A DNA stretch of 64,000 nucleotides, taken from contig CBDCOX010000002.1 of the NCBI GenBank assembly GCA_965219995.1, positions 2,144,001 through 2,208,000 on the forward strand, in the 5' to 3' direction. Every line of letters begins with the position of its first letter. The stretch's first letter is position 1. The position numbers and the translations under genes are program-made. This DNA is from Candidatus Latescibacterota bacterium (GTDB taxonomy: Bacteria; Latescibacterota; UBA2968; GCA-2709665). The notes under the pieces were generated by a model, which worked only from the letters and a program-made list of their open reading frames with translations, was not told the origin of the DNA and did no database searches. This document shows positions 30,252-39,875 of the stretch, piece by piece.

Positions 30252-32273
30252 ATGGCGGAAAGCGCCAGAATACAGATTGACGGACGGCCGGGTGAATTTC
30301 CGTTTCCGGGCATTCCCGACGTGGGTGACGGCGGCGATGCCGCAGTCTGGGTGGAAAAACACATCAGCCAGGCCGCCTGCGCCTACCCCATCACATCTTC
30401 CTCCATTCTGGGTGAGAAATACAGCGCGGTCGTATCCAACGGCGGAGTCAACCTCTGGGGCGACACCCTGATCTTCATAGAGCCGGAGTCCGAACACAGT
30501 TCGGCTTCAGCCGCCGAGGGATTCGCGGTGGCCGGCGGCCGGGTCACGAACTTCACGTCCGGCCAGGGCCTGGTTCTTATGAAAGAGGTGCTCTACACGA
30601 TCTCGGGCAAACGCCTTCCCGCCGTCTTCCATATCGGCGCGCGCGCGCTTACCTCGCAATCCCTCAACGTCCACGCCGGCCACGACGACATCATGGCCGT
30701 GGCCGACTGCGGCTGGGGTATCGTGTTTGCCCGGAACACTCAGGAAGTCATGGACACAACGCTCATCGCGCGGCGCGCGGCGGAAGCCTCGCAGACGCCG
30801 TTCATGGTTGTGCAGGACGGATTCCTCACAACCCATACGGTCCAGAACGTCGTGGCCATCGAGCCCGAACTGATGAAGCTCTTCGTCGGACGCCCGGAAG
30901 ACAAGATTCAGAATCTCATGGACGTCGACAATCCGATGATGAGCGGCGTGGTACAGAACCAGGACAGTTACATGAAGGGCAAGATCGCCCAGCGGTACTT
31001 CTACGATCGCGTGCCCGACGACCTGCGGGAAGCCATGCATGAATTCTACAGGATGACCGGAAGACGTTACGACATGATCGACGGATACCGGCTCGAAGAT
31101 GCCGAATACGTCATCGTGGGCATGGGCAGTATGCTCGAAACCGCCCTCACGGCCGTCGACTGGCTGCGGGATACCGAGGACCTGAAAGTGGGCGCCCTTC
31201 ACGTCACGTCGTTCCGCCCGTTCCCGGGCGTGGAGATTGTGGAAGCCCTGAAGAACGCGAAGGCCATATCGGTTGTGGAACGCATGGACAACCCCCTCGC
31301 GCAGTCCAATCCGCTGACCGCCGAAATCAAGGCCGCCTTCGCCGACGCCGCGGGAGGCATGAACGGGTATCCTCGAATCGACCGCATTCCCCGGATTCTG
31401 TCGGGAATGGCCGGCCTGGGAAGCCGCGACGTCCGGCCGGGCGATTTCATTTCCACGGTCAGAAATATGCAGGCGGCCGCACCCGGACAAAAGGAACTGT
31501 TCGTTCTCAATATCGAACACGATCTGGCACTCCAGAGGGAGGCCGATCCCGCCACCCGGGAAATCGGCGCCTTTGCGATGCGCGGGCACTCGGTGGGCGG
31601 GTACGGGTCCGTGACCACCAATAAAGTCATTGCCACGCTGCTTGCCAACCTGGGGCTTCACGTGCAGGCCTATCCGAAATACGGATCCGAAAAGAAGGGT
31701 CTGCCCACCACCTACTATCTCACCGCGGCCAACGAACACATCCGGACCCACTCCGAACTGGAAGTGGTGGACTTCGTGCCGCTCAACGACGTCAACGCCT
31801 TCAATACCGCCAATCCCCTGGCCGGCGTTGTCGACGGCGGTATGGTCTTCATCCAGAGCCCCCACACCGAAGCCGAAAGGGTATGGGACAATATACCGGG
31901 ATGGGCCAAGAAGACGTTCCGCACCAAACAGATCAAACCCCTGGCCCTCGACGCCGTTAAAATCGCCCTGGAAGAAGCGCCCTCGCCGGACCTGATGCAG
32001 CGTTTCCAGGGCATTGTGCTTCTCGGTATCTTCCTGAAACACACGCCGTTTCAGAATGATCTGAATCTCACGGAAGACGAGCTGTTCGTCAACGTGGAAA
32101 ACGCGGTCAACAAATACTGGGGCAACAAGGGCAAGGGGGTCGTGGACGCCAATATGAGCGCAATCAGGAGAGGGTACCAGGAAGTGTTTGAAGTCCCGAG
32201 GGAACTGATCGAAAGCACCATCGACCAGGAAACGGACGAACTTCCGGCGGGCCTGGTCTCAATCGGATGTTGA
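30252..32273 (+). CDS. Pyruvate:ferredoxin oxidoreductase, alpha/gamma-domain subunit (N-terminal half of NifJ-type PFOR)
   Basis: YPIT, ESEH, FTSGQGL, FHIGAR, QDGFLTTH, GLGSRD, YGSEKKG. Confidence 0.9.
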   Translation: MAESARIQIDGRPGEFPFPGIPDVGDGGDAAVWVEKHISQAACAYPITSSSILGEKYSAVVSNGGVNLWGDTLIFIEPESEHSSASAAEGFAVAGGRVTNFTSGQGLVLMKEVLYTISGKRLPAVFHIGARALTSQSLNVHAGHDDIMAVADCGWGIVFARNTQEVMDTTLIARRAAEASQTPFMVVQDGFLTTHTVQNVVAIEPELMKLFVGRPEDKIQNLMDVDNPMMSGVVQNQDSYMKGKIAQRYFYDRVPDDLREAMHEFYRMTGRRYDMIDGYRLEDAEYVIVGMGSMLETALTAVDWLRDTEDLKVGALHVTSFRPFPGVEIVEALKNAKAISVVERMDNPLAQSNPLTAEIKAAFADAAGGMNGYPRIDRIPRILSGMAGLGSRDVRPGDFISTVRNMQAAAPGQKELFVLNIEHDLALQREADPATREIGAFAMRGHSVGGYGSVTTNKVIATLLANLGLHVQAYPKYGSEKKGLPTTYYLTAANEHIRTHSELEVVDFVPLNDVNAFNTANPLAGVVDGGMVFIQSPHTEAERVWDNIPGWAKKTFRTKQIKPLALDAVKIALEEAPSPDLMQRFQGIVLLGIFLKHTPFQNDLNLTEDELFVNVENAVNKYWGNKGKGVVDANMSAIRRGYQEVFEVPRELIESTIDQETDELPAGLVSIGC

Positions 32274-32405
32274 CCCGCGGTTCCGATTTCACCAACAGTG
32301 CAGTGCCTTCCGATATCGCGTTTCAGGTGCGCATCGTCGTCACGTTCCAAACCCGCAACGATCAAGCCCAATCCGAACGTTCAAGCCGAATGGGAGTAAA
32401 AAACC

Positions 32406-34049
32406 ATGTCGACCAATGGCAAGAGCGAGCCAGCCACACTGTTGAGCGTCAGTTCATTGGAGGAAATGGAGGAGGAACCGGTCTCCTCTTCGCCGCTCAA
32501 CCTGCATACCCTGCTGGACATCGAAGACTTCAACGGCAGGGTCGTGGCGGGGTACAATACGGGCATTGCCGAACAGGGCCTGCCCGCTGACGTCGGCGTT
32601 GCCCGCAGCCTGGTGGGTCCGGGTACCGGCGCACTTCGCGACTTCAGCTACATCGCCCCCGAGATCCCGGAGTTCATCCAGGAAAACTGCGTCGGCTGCA
32701 TGGACTGCGTCACGGAATGTCCGGATACGGCCATACTCGGCAAAATCACCACCCGCGAAGAACTGGACGCCGCACTGGCCAAAACCACCGATCCGGAAAC
32801 CAGAGAATTCCTGCGCAACCAGTTTTCCGAGACCTCGAAGTACTACAAGAACTTCGAGAAAAAAGGAAAAGAGGGCGCTTATTTCGGCATCTTCATAGAC
32901 CCCACCAAGTGCAAGGGCTGCGCCGAGTGCGTCGAGGTCTGCGCAGATAAGGACGCCCTGAAAATGGTCACCAAGACGGAAGAAAACCTTGAGGATTTCC
33001 GGGCGGCCTGGGACTTCCACAACGAACTGCCTGAATCTCCGAGCGAATACATCCTCGAAAAATCCGTTCAGGACATGATGCTGGCTGAACGATCTCTCCT
33101 CTACGTGGGCGGCGCCGGATCCTGCATGGGCTGCGGAGAAGCCACGGCCCTGCGAATGATGCTGGCTTCCACGGGTTATCTGCACGGGCCCGAAAACATC
33201 GGCCTTGTCGCATCCACCGGCTGCAATACCGTCTACACCTCCACCTATCCATACAACCCCTATACGGTGCCCTGGACCAACTCCCTCTTCGAAAACGGAC
33301 CCACGGATGCCATGGGCGTGCGTGCCCGCTGGGACCAGATGGGCTGGCAGGACAAGAAGATCTGGGTGATCGGCGGAGACGGGGCCATGCTCGATATCGG
33401 ATTCCAGGCGCTCTCGCGGATGCTCATGTCAGGCATGAACATCAACGTCCTGGTCCTGGATACCCAGGTCTACTCCAATACCGGCGGACAGGCCTCCACT
33501 TCGAGTTACATGGGTCAGAACACCAAAATGTCGGTCCACGGTTCCGCCGTTCCCGGAAAGACCGAACGCCGGAAGGAACTCGGCCAGATCTGCATGATGC
33601 ATCCGGACACCTTCGTGGCGCAGACCATATGCAGCCTTCAGAACCACTTTTACCGCGCAATCGCCGCGGCCAACGAATTCGACGGCCCGGCCGTAATCAA
33701 CGTCTTCACCACGTGCCAGCCCGAACACGGTGTGGGAGACCACCTGGCAGGACACCAGGCCAAGCTGGCCATGGAGTCCAGGGCGTTCCCCATCTTCATC
33801 TACGATCCGCGCGAGGGTGAACGCATCAAGGAACGGCTGGATCTCCGGGGAAACCCGGCCGTCAAGGATGACTGGTATACCATCCGCAAAACCGGCGAAA
33901 CGGTCGACTTTGTCACTTTCGCGCGGACCGAGGGACGATTCGCAAAGCACTTCGACAGAGACGGAAACCCATCCGAAACCCTGTTGGCCGCTCAGGAAGA
34001 CCGCCGGCAGAACTGGCGCATGCTCCAGGAGATGGCCGGCATCATCTGA
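32406..34049 (+). CDS. Pyruvate:ferredoxin oxidoreductase, ferredoxin + TPP-binding subunit
   Basis: CVGCMDCVTECP and CKGCAECVEVC 4Fe-4S motifs, GSCMGCGE, STGC, NSLFEN, GGDGAMLDIG...YSNTGGQAS. Confidence 0.92.
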   Translation: MSTNGKSEPATLLSVSSLEEMEEEPVSSSPLNLHTLLDIEDFNGRVVAGYNTGIAEQGLPADVGVARSLVGPGTGALRDFSYIAPEIPEFIQENCVGCMDCVTECPDTAILGKITTREELDAALAKTTDPETREFLRNQFSETSKYYKNFEKKGKEGAYFGIFIDPTKCKGCAECVEVCADKDALKMVTKTEENLEDFRAAWDFHNELPESPSEYILEKSVQDMMLAERSLLYVGGAGSCMGCGEATALRMMLASTGYLHGPENIGLVASTGCNTVYTSTYPYNPYTVPWTNSLFENGPTDAMGVRARWDQMGWQDKKIWVIGGDGAMLDIGFQALSRMLMSGMNINVLVLDTQVYSNTGGQASTSSYMGQNTKMSVHGSAVPGKTERRKELGQICMMHPDTFVAQTICSLQNHFYRAIAAANEFDGPAVINVFTTCQPEHGVGDHLAGHQAKLAMESRAFPIFIYDPREGERIKERLDLRGNPAVKDDWYTIRKTGETVDFVTFARTEGRFAKHFDRDGNPSETLLAAQEDRRQNWRMLQEMAGII

Positions 34050-34084
34050 GAAACGCAGCAGACATCGCCATCGATCGTCACACG

Positions 34085-34122
34085 AAAAGCCTCTGGAGGA
34101 GAGCGCCTCCCGGGGCTTTTTT
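34085..34122 (+). terminator. Intrinsic terminator after PFOR
   Basis: AAAAGCCTCTGGAGG...CCTCCCGGGGC hairpin followed by TTTTTT. Confidence 0.75.
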
Positions 34123-34265
34123 CATTATCGGTCCCGCTCAGACCGCGCGAAACAGTCCGTTGAGGGCAACAAATTTGACTTTTCGGGCGTCTACCGGTAA
34201 ATTCAGGAGCCGATCGCACTCGGGAACTCATCAGGAATTTGAAACCGCTTCCAGCGAGGCCGTTC

Positions 34266-36971
34266 ATGTCAGACAAAGTCGTCCGAATCCCCTCCCGAGA
34301 CGTCGACCCCGCCGAAACCCGGGACTGGATCGAATCGCTCGACTATGCCCTGAAGAACTACGGCCCCGACCGGGTCCGCTTCCTTTTCAAGAAAATCGAA
34401 GAATGGGCGCACCGCGCCGAAGTGGTCATCCCTTTCAGCGCGAATACGCCCTACATCAACACCATTCCGGTGGATCAGCAGCACCCGTATCCCGGCAACC
34501 GGGAAATCGAACGCCGCATCAAAAGCATCATCCGCTGGAACGCCATGGCCATGGTGGTTCGAGCCAACCGTGAATACGACGGCATTGGCGGCCACATTTC
34601 CACCTACGCATCCGCGGCCACGCTGCTCGAGGTGGGCTTCGACCACTTCTTTCATGGCCGGGGAAACGGCTTCGTGGGCGACCAGGTGTATTTCCAGGGG
34701 CACGCGGCACCGGGTGTCTACGCCCGGGCCTTCCTCGAGGGCAGGATCGACGAACAGGCCCTGGAGAATTTCCGCAGGGACCTGCGACGCCCCGGCGGTC
34801 TGTCCTCCTACCCGCACCCCTGGCTGATGCCCGACTTCTGGGAGTACCCCACGGTATCGATGGGCCTGGCGCCCATAATGGGCATCTATCATGCGCGGTT
34901 CAACCGCTACCTGGAAGACCGGGGCCTCAAGGACACCTCCGGTTCCCACGTTTGGGTCTTTATGGGTGACGGTGAAACCGACGAGCCGGAATCCCTCGGC
35001 GCCATCACACTGGCCTCCAGGGAAAAGCTGGACAACCTCATCTTCGTAATCAACTGCAATCTCCAGCGGCTGGACGGGCCGGTACGCGGCAACGGCAAAA
35101 TCATCCAGGAACTGGAAGCCGCTTTCAGGGGGGCCGGCTGGAACGTCATCAAAGTGATCTGGGGCGACGACTGGGACCCGTTGCTGGACCGCGACGAGGA
35201 GGGCATCCTCGCTCAGCGCATGAACGAAGTGGTAGACGGTCAATACCAGAAATATACCGTTGAATCGGGCGACTACATCCGACGGGACTTCTTCGGCGTG
35301 CATCCCGAACTGCTCGACATGGTCGACCATCTCTCCGACGAACAGTTGCAGAAAATGCGCCGGGGCGGACACGACCCGGAAAAAGTGTACGCCGCGTACA
35401 GGTCGGCCGTGGAGCACGTGGGCTCGCCCACCGTCATTCTCGCAAAAACGATCAAGGGCTACGGAGTTGGCGAATCCGGCGAAGGCCGGAACGTCACCCA
35501 CCAGCAGAAGAAACTGAACGAAGACGAACTGCGGGAATTCCGATCCCGCTTCGGAATCCCGATCTCAGACGGCGAAGTCGCCGCAGCACCCTTTTACCGG
35601 CCACCCGAAGACAGTCCGGAAATCAAATACATGAAACGACGGCGGGAGGAACTCGGCGGTTATCTCCCGAGCCGACAGGTCAATACGCAACCTCTCGCCG
35701 TTCCCCCGCGGGGCCTGTTCGACGAATTCCTGAAGGGCACGCAGGGCCGGCAGGCCTCTACGACGATGGCCTTCGTCCGGATGTTCTCAAAGCTCCTGCG
35801 CGACCCGGAAATCGGCAAACTCATCGTGCCCATCATCCCCGACGAAGCCCGCACGTTCGGCATGGAACCGCTTTTTCGACAATGCGGAATCTACTCCCGC
35901 GTCGGGCAGCTTTACGAGCCCGTAGACGCCGACAGGCTTTTGTATTACCGGGAGGTCCGGGAGGGTCAGATTCTGGAAGAAGGCATCAACGAAGCCGGCT
36001 CCATGTGCTCCTTCATTGCCGCGGGCACGGCCTATGCCACCTGCGGCGTAAACACCATCCCGTTCTTCATCTACTATTCCATGTTCGGGTTTCAACGCAT
36101 CGGCGACCTGATCTGGGCAGCCGCGGATATGCGGTGCAAGGGCTTCCTGCTGGGGGGCACGGCCGGCAGGACCACGTTGAACGGCGAAGGCCTGCAACAC
36201 CAGGACGGACACAGTCACGTACTGGCCAGCACTGTGCCCAACCTGCTCACCTACGATCCGGCATACGCTTACGAAATCGCGGTCATCGTTCACGACGGGA
36301 TCCGGAGAATGTACGCGGAGCAGGAGGACATCTTCTATTATCTGACGCTTGGGAACGAGCCTTACGATATGCCGTCTATGCCCGAGGGCGCCGAGGAAGG
36401 CATCATCAGAGGCATCTACAGACTCAAGCCGGACGCCCTGGAAGACGCGACGCACCACGTTCAACTCTTCGGCAGCGGCGCCATTTTGAGGGAAGCGCTT
36501 CGCGCCCGGGAGATTCTGGCGGATAAATACGGCATCTCCGCGCAGGTCTGGAGCGTCACCAGCTACAAGGAATTGCGTAAAGACGCCCTCGAAACCGAGC
36601 GCTGGAACCGGCTGCATCCTTCCGAGCCCGCACGCAAACCCTACATCGCCAGCGTACTCGAAAACACCAGGGGCCCCATTGTGGCCGCGTCCGACTATAT
36701 GAAAATCCTGCCCGATATGATCCGCCCCTGGGTGCCGCAGGACCTGATCGCCCTGGGTACCGACGGCTTCGGAAGAAGCGATACCCGGGAGGCGCTTCGC
36801 CGGCATTTTGAAGTCGACGCCGAATCCATCGTCGTTGCCGCGCTCCACGCCCTCTCGAAACGGGGCGGCATCGGGGGAGACCGGGTCGCCGGCGCCATCG
36901 AAGATCTCGGCGTCGACCCCGAAAAAGCCAATCCGGTCGCGGCGGGTCCAACGTTGAGTTACGGAAAGTAG
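34266..36971 (+). CDS. aceE: Pyruvate dehydrogenase E1, homodimeric type
   Basis: D.DPAETRDW, GGHISTYAS, YFQGH, GDGETDEPES, PDEARTFGME, GEGLQHQDGHS. Confidence 0.96.
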   Translation: MSDKVVRIPSRDVDPAETRDWIESLDYALKNYGPDRVRFLFKKIEEWAHRAEVVIPFSANTPYINTIPVDQQHPYPGNREIERRIKSIIRWNAMAMVVRANREYDGIGGHISTYASAATLLEVGFDHFFHGRGNGFVGDQVYFQGHAAPGVYARAFLEGRIDEQALENFRRDLRRPGGLSSYPHPWLMPDFWEYPTVSMGLAPIMGIYHARFNRYLEDRGLKDTSGSHVWVFMGDGETDEPESLGAITLASREKLDNLIFVINCNLQRLDGPVRGNGKIIQELEAAFRGAGWNVIKVIWGDDWDPLLDRDEEGILAQRMNEVVDGQYQKYTVESGDYIRRDFFGVHPELLDMVDHLSDEQLQKMRRGGHDPEKVYAAYRSAVEHVGSPTVILAKTIKGYGVGESGEGRNVTHQQKKLNEDELREFRSRFGIPISDGEVAAAPFYRPPEDSPEIKYMKRRREELGGYLPSRQVNTQPLAVPPRGLFDEFLKGTQGRQASTTMAFVRMFSKLLRDPEIGKLIVPIIPDEARTFGMEPLFRQCGIYSRVGQLYEPVDADRLLYYREVREGQILEEGINEAGSMCSFIAAGTAYATCGVNTIPFFIYYSMFGFQRIGDLIWAAADMRCKGFLLGGTAGRTTLNGEGLQHQDGHSHVLASTVPNLLTYDPAYAYEIAVIVHDGIRRMYAEQEDIFYYLTLGNEPYDMPSMPEGAEEGIIRGIYRLKPDALEDATHHVQLFGSGAILREALRAREILADKYGISAQVWSVTSYKELRKDALETERWNRLHPSEPARKPYIASVLENTRGPIVAASDYMKILPDMIRPWVPQDLIALGTDGFGRSDTREALRRHFEVDAESIVVAALHALSKRGGIGGDRVAGAIEDLGVDPEKANPVAAGPTLSYGK

Positions 36972-37013
36972 CGTCACGCCGGCTGCGTCTATGGTGCTTG
37001 CAAAGGAGGAACC

Positions 37014-38306
37014 GTGGCTGAGGAATTCAGACTTCCGGACCTGGGCGAAGGCATCGATCGGGGCGACGTGGTGCGTGTCCTGGTCTCGGAAGGAGATTCG
37101 ATCGCGGTGGATCAGCCCGTTATCGAACTGGAGACCGACAAGGCGCTGGTTGAAGTCCCGTCTTCAGTCGCCGGCACGGTTGCTTCGGTCAACGTCGGGA
37201 ACGGCGACAGCATCTCGCCCGGGACCGTGCTCATTACCGTCGAAGCGGCGCAGGCGGCGACTGCTGGCGAATCGGTCGAGGAGCCCCGCACCGTCGACCG
37301 GAAGGCCCAGCCGCAATTCTCGGATAAGCGGGAGGTCGTGCAGCAGGCGCCAGGCCCGCCGAACGCGGGCGCGGACGAAGATTCGGGCGGGGCAGCGGCA
37401 CCCGCCCAGGTCACCGTGCCGGCCGCGCCATCCGTACGAAGATTCGCACGCGAACTCGGCGTCGATCTCCGGCGGGTTTCCGGCAGCGGCGCAGGCGGGC
37501 GGATCACCCGCGACGACGTAAAGAGCTACGTGCAGACCTCATTGAACGAAGCGGCGTCGGCCGGGCCCGTCATCGCGCCCGACCTGCCCGATTTCACGCG
37601 ATGGGGTCATGTCGAGCGCCAATCCCTGCCAGGCGTGCGCAGAGCCATTGCGCAGAACGTCGGTACAGCCTGGGCGCAGGTCCCGCACGTCACGCAGTTC
37701 GACCGGGCCGACGTGACGGACCTGGAGGCGTTCCGGCAGCGACACAAGGCCGGCACGGAGTCCCGTGGCGGCAAGCTCACGCCCACGGCATTCGTGCTGA
37801 AGGCCGTCGTTAACGCGCTGAAGGCCTTTCCCCGGTTCAATGCCAGTCTGGACCTGGCCGCGGGTCAGCTCATCCTCAAGCACTACTACCACGTCGGCGT
37901 GGCCGTCGATACCGAGAGGGGCCTGCTCGTGCCGGTGATCCGCGACGTCGACCGGAAAGACATCTTCGAACTGGCCGTTCAGCTGGACGACCTCGCCCGC
38001 CGTACCCGGGAAGGCAGAGCCGAGCTCGAAGAACTCCAGGGCGGGACCTTTACCGTCACCAATCTGGGCAGCATTGGCGGCGCTGCCTTCACGCCCATCG
38101 TCAACTTCCCGGAAGTCGCCATCCTCGGCATGGGGCGGTCCCGGCCGGAACCCGCCGTGAACGACGGGCGCATCGAATCCCGGCTCATCATGCCAATCTG
38201 CCTTTCGTACGACCACCGCGTGGTCGACGGCGCCGACGGCGCGCGATTCACCAGGCACCTGGTTGCGTCACTCGAAGATCCGGAACGCATGCTGCTCGGC
38301 GGATAA
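37014..38306 (+). CDS. aceF: Dihydrolipoamide acetyltransferase E2, single lipoyl domain
   Basis: LETDKA lipoyl motif, peripheral subunit-binding domain AAPSVRRFARELGVDL, DHRVVDG catalytic motif. Confidence 0.94.
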   Translation: MAEEFRLPDLGEGIDRGDVVRVLVSEGDSIAVDQPVIELETDKALVEVPSSVAGTVASVNVGNGDSISPGTVLITVEAAQAATAGESVEEPRTVDRKAQPQFSDKREVVQQAPGPPNAGADEDSGGAAAPAQVTVPAAPSVRRFARELGVDLRRVSGSGAGGRITRDDVKSYVQTSLNEAASAGPVIAPDLPDFTRWGHVERQSLPGVRRAIAQNVGTAWAQVPHVTQFDRADVTDLEAFRQRHKAGTESRGGKLTPTAFVLKAVVNALKAFPRFNASLDLAAGQLILKHYYHVGVAVDTERGLLVPVIRDVDRKDIFELAVQLDDLARRTREGRAELEELQGGTFTVTNLGSIGGAAFTPIVNFPEVAILGMGRSRPEPAVNDGRIESRLIMPICLSYDHRVVDGADGARFTRHLVASLEDPERMLLGG

Positions 38307-38369
38307 CAGGCAATCAGGGAACCGAAAGCCCCATGCGGGGCCCGCCGTGAACACTCGACCGGAGCGACC

Positions 38370-39788
38370 ATGCCGGAAGACACCCACAGAACCGACCTGC
38401 TCGTAATCGGCGGCGGCCCCGGCGGCTACGCGGCCGCGTTCAGGTCGGCGGACCTCGGCGTCCCCGTTACCCTGGTGGAGGCCGACGAGCGTCTCGGGGG
38501 CACCTGCCTGCTCCGGGGTTGCATCCCGTCCAAGGCGCTGCTTCACGTCGCGAGTCTGATTTCGGAATCGCGTGAGGCGGCGGCGTGCGGACTGATGTTT
38601 GCCGAACCGGAAATCGATTTAAACAGGATGCGGTCGTGGAAAGACGGAATTCTCACGAAGCTCTCGCGCGGCCTCGATGCCCTCTGCAAACGCCGCAAGG
38701 TCACTCGGATCCGCGGCCGCGCCGCCTTCGAGTCTTCCAATCGTGTTCAGATTACGGGGAATGACGACGTCTCTCATATTGACTTCGTCCATGCCGTCGT
38801 CGCCACGGGATCCCGGCCGGCGGCGCCTCCGGTCTTCGCCATTGACAGTTCGAAGATCCTGGATTCGGACAAGGCGCTCGAACTGGATGACATTCCGGAT
38901 CGTCTGCTGGCCGTCGGCGGCGGCATCATCGGTCTGGAACTGAGCACCGTCTACGCACAACTCGGAAGCCGGGTGACGCTGGTCGAAATCACCGGCGGCC
39001 TCCTGCCCGGTGTGGACCGGGACCTGGTCAAACCGCTGCAAAAACGCCTCGAAGGCATGTTCGACGGCATCCATTGCAACACTGCCGTGGCCGCCCTGAA
39101 AGAAGACGGCAGCGGCGTAACCGCGAGCTTCGAGGGGGATTGCCGGGACGGGCCACAGACGTTCGACAACATTCTGGTCTCCGCCGGCCGGGTCCCCAAC
39201 ACCGAAAACCTGGGCCTGGAGCATACCCGGATCGGGCTCTCGGATGCCGGCTTCATTGAGGTCGACGGCCGTATGCGAACGGCCGACAGCCGTATCTTTG
39301 CGCTTGGCGACGTGGTGGACGGCCCCGGTCTGGCCCACAAGGCCGCCCACCAGGGGAAGGTTGCCGCGGAAGTCATCGCGGGGCAACCCGCGGCCTTTGA
39401 CGCCGTCGTCCCCTCGGTTGTCTACACGGACCCCGAAATCGCCTGGTGCGGGCTGACCGAAACCCTGGCGCGGGAGCAGGACTGGCCCGTCAAAATCGCC
39501 CGCTATCCCTGGGCCGCTTCGGGCCGGGCCGCCACCCTGGGCCGTACCGAGGGTCTCACGAAACTGATATTCGACCCTGAGACCCGCCGAATCCTGGGGG
39601 CGGGAATCGTTGGCCCCAACGCCGGCGAGCTCATCGCGGAAGCCGTGCTTGGCATCGAGATGGCCGCTGTCGCCGAAGACCTGTCACACACGATCCATCC
39701 CCATCCCTCCCTTTCCGAATCCCTGGGCATCGCAGCTGAAATCCATCTGGGTACCGCAACCGACCTGTATATCCCGAAAAGAAGATAG
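38370..39788 (+). CDS. lpdA: Dihydrolipoyl dehydrogenase E3
   Basis: GGGPGGY, GGTCLLRGCIPSK, HPHPSLSE. Confidence 0.96.
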   Translation: MPEDTHRTDLLVIGGGPGGYAAAFRSADLGVPVTLVEADERLGGTCLLRGCIPSKALLHVASLISESREAAACGLMFAEPEIDLNRMRSWKDGILTKLSRGLDALCKRRKVTRIRGRAAFESSNRVQITGNDDVSHIDFVHAVVATGSRPAAPPVFAIDSSKILDSDKALELDDIPDRLLAVGGGIIGLELSTVYAQLGSRVTLVEITGGLLPGVDRDLVKPLQKRLEGMFDGIHCNTAVAALKEDGSGVTASFEGDCRDGPQTFDNILVSAGRVPNTENLGLEHTRIGLSDAGFIEVDGRMRTADSRIFALGDVVDGPGLAHKAAHQGKVAAEVIAGQPAAFDAVVPSVVYTDPEIAWCGLTETLAREQDWPVKIARYPWAASGRAATLGRTEGLTKLIFDPETRRILGAGIVGPNAGELIAEAVLGIEMAAVAEDLSHTIHPHPSLSESLGIAAEIHLGTATDLYIPKRR

Positions 39789-39875
39789 CGTATCCAGGGC
39801 GAAGGTCTCCGTCGTCTGGTGAGCGAATGGCGGGCGAACCCCTGGCGGGCGGCCGTGGGAATTCCTGTCTGGACG

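Noticed and set aside
32267-32590. Frameshift or readthrough joining the two PFOR halves
   Set aside because: The second gene has its own RBS (GGGAG) and N-terminal extension, and the first ends in a plausible tail, so a genuine two-gene arrangement is more likely.
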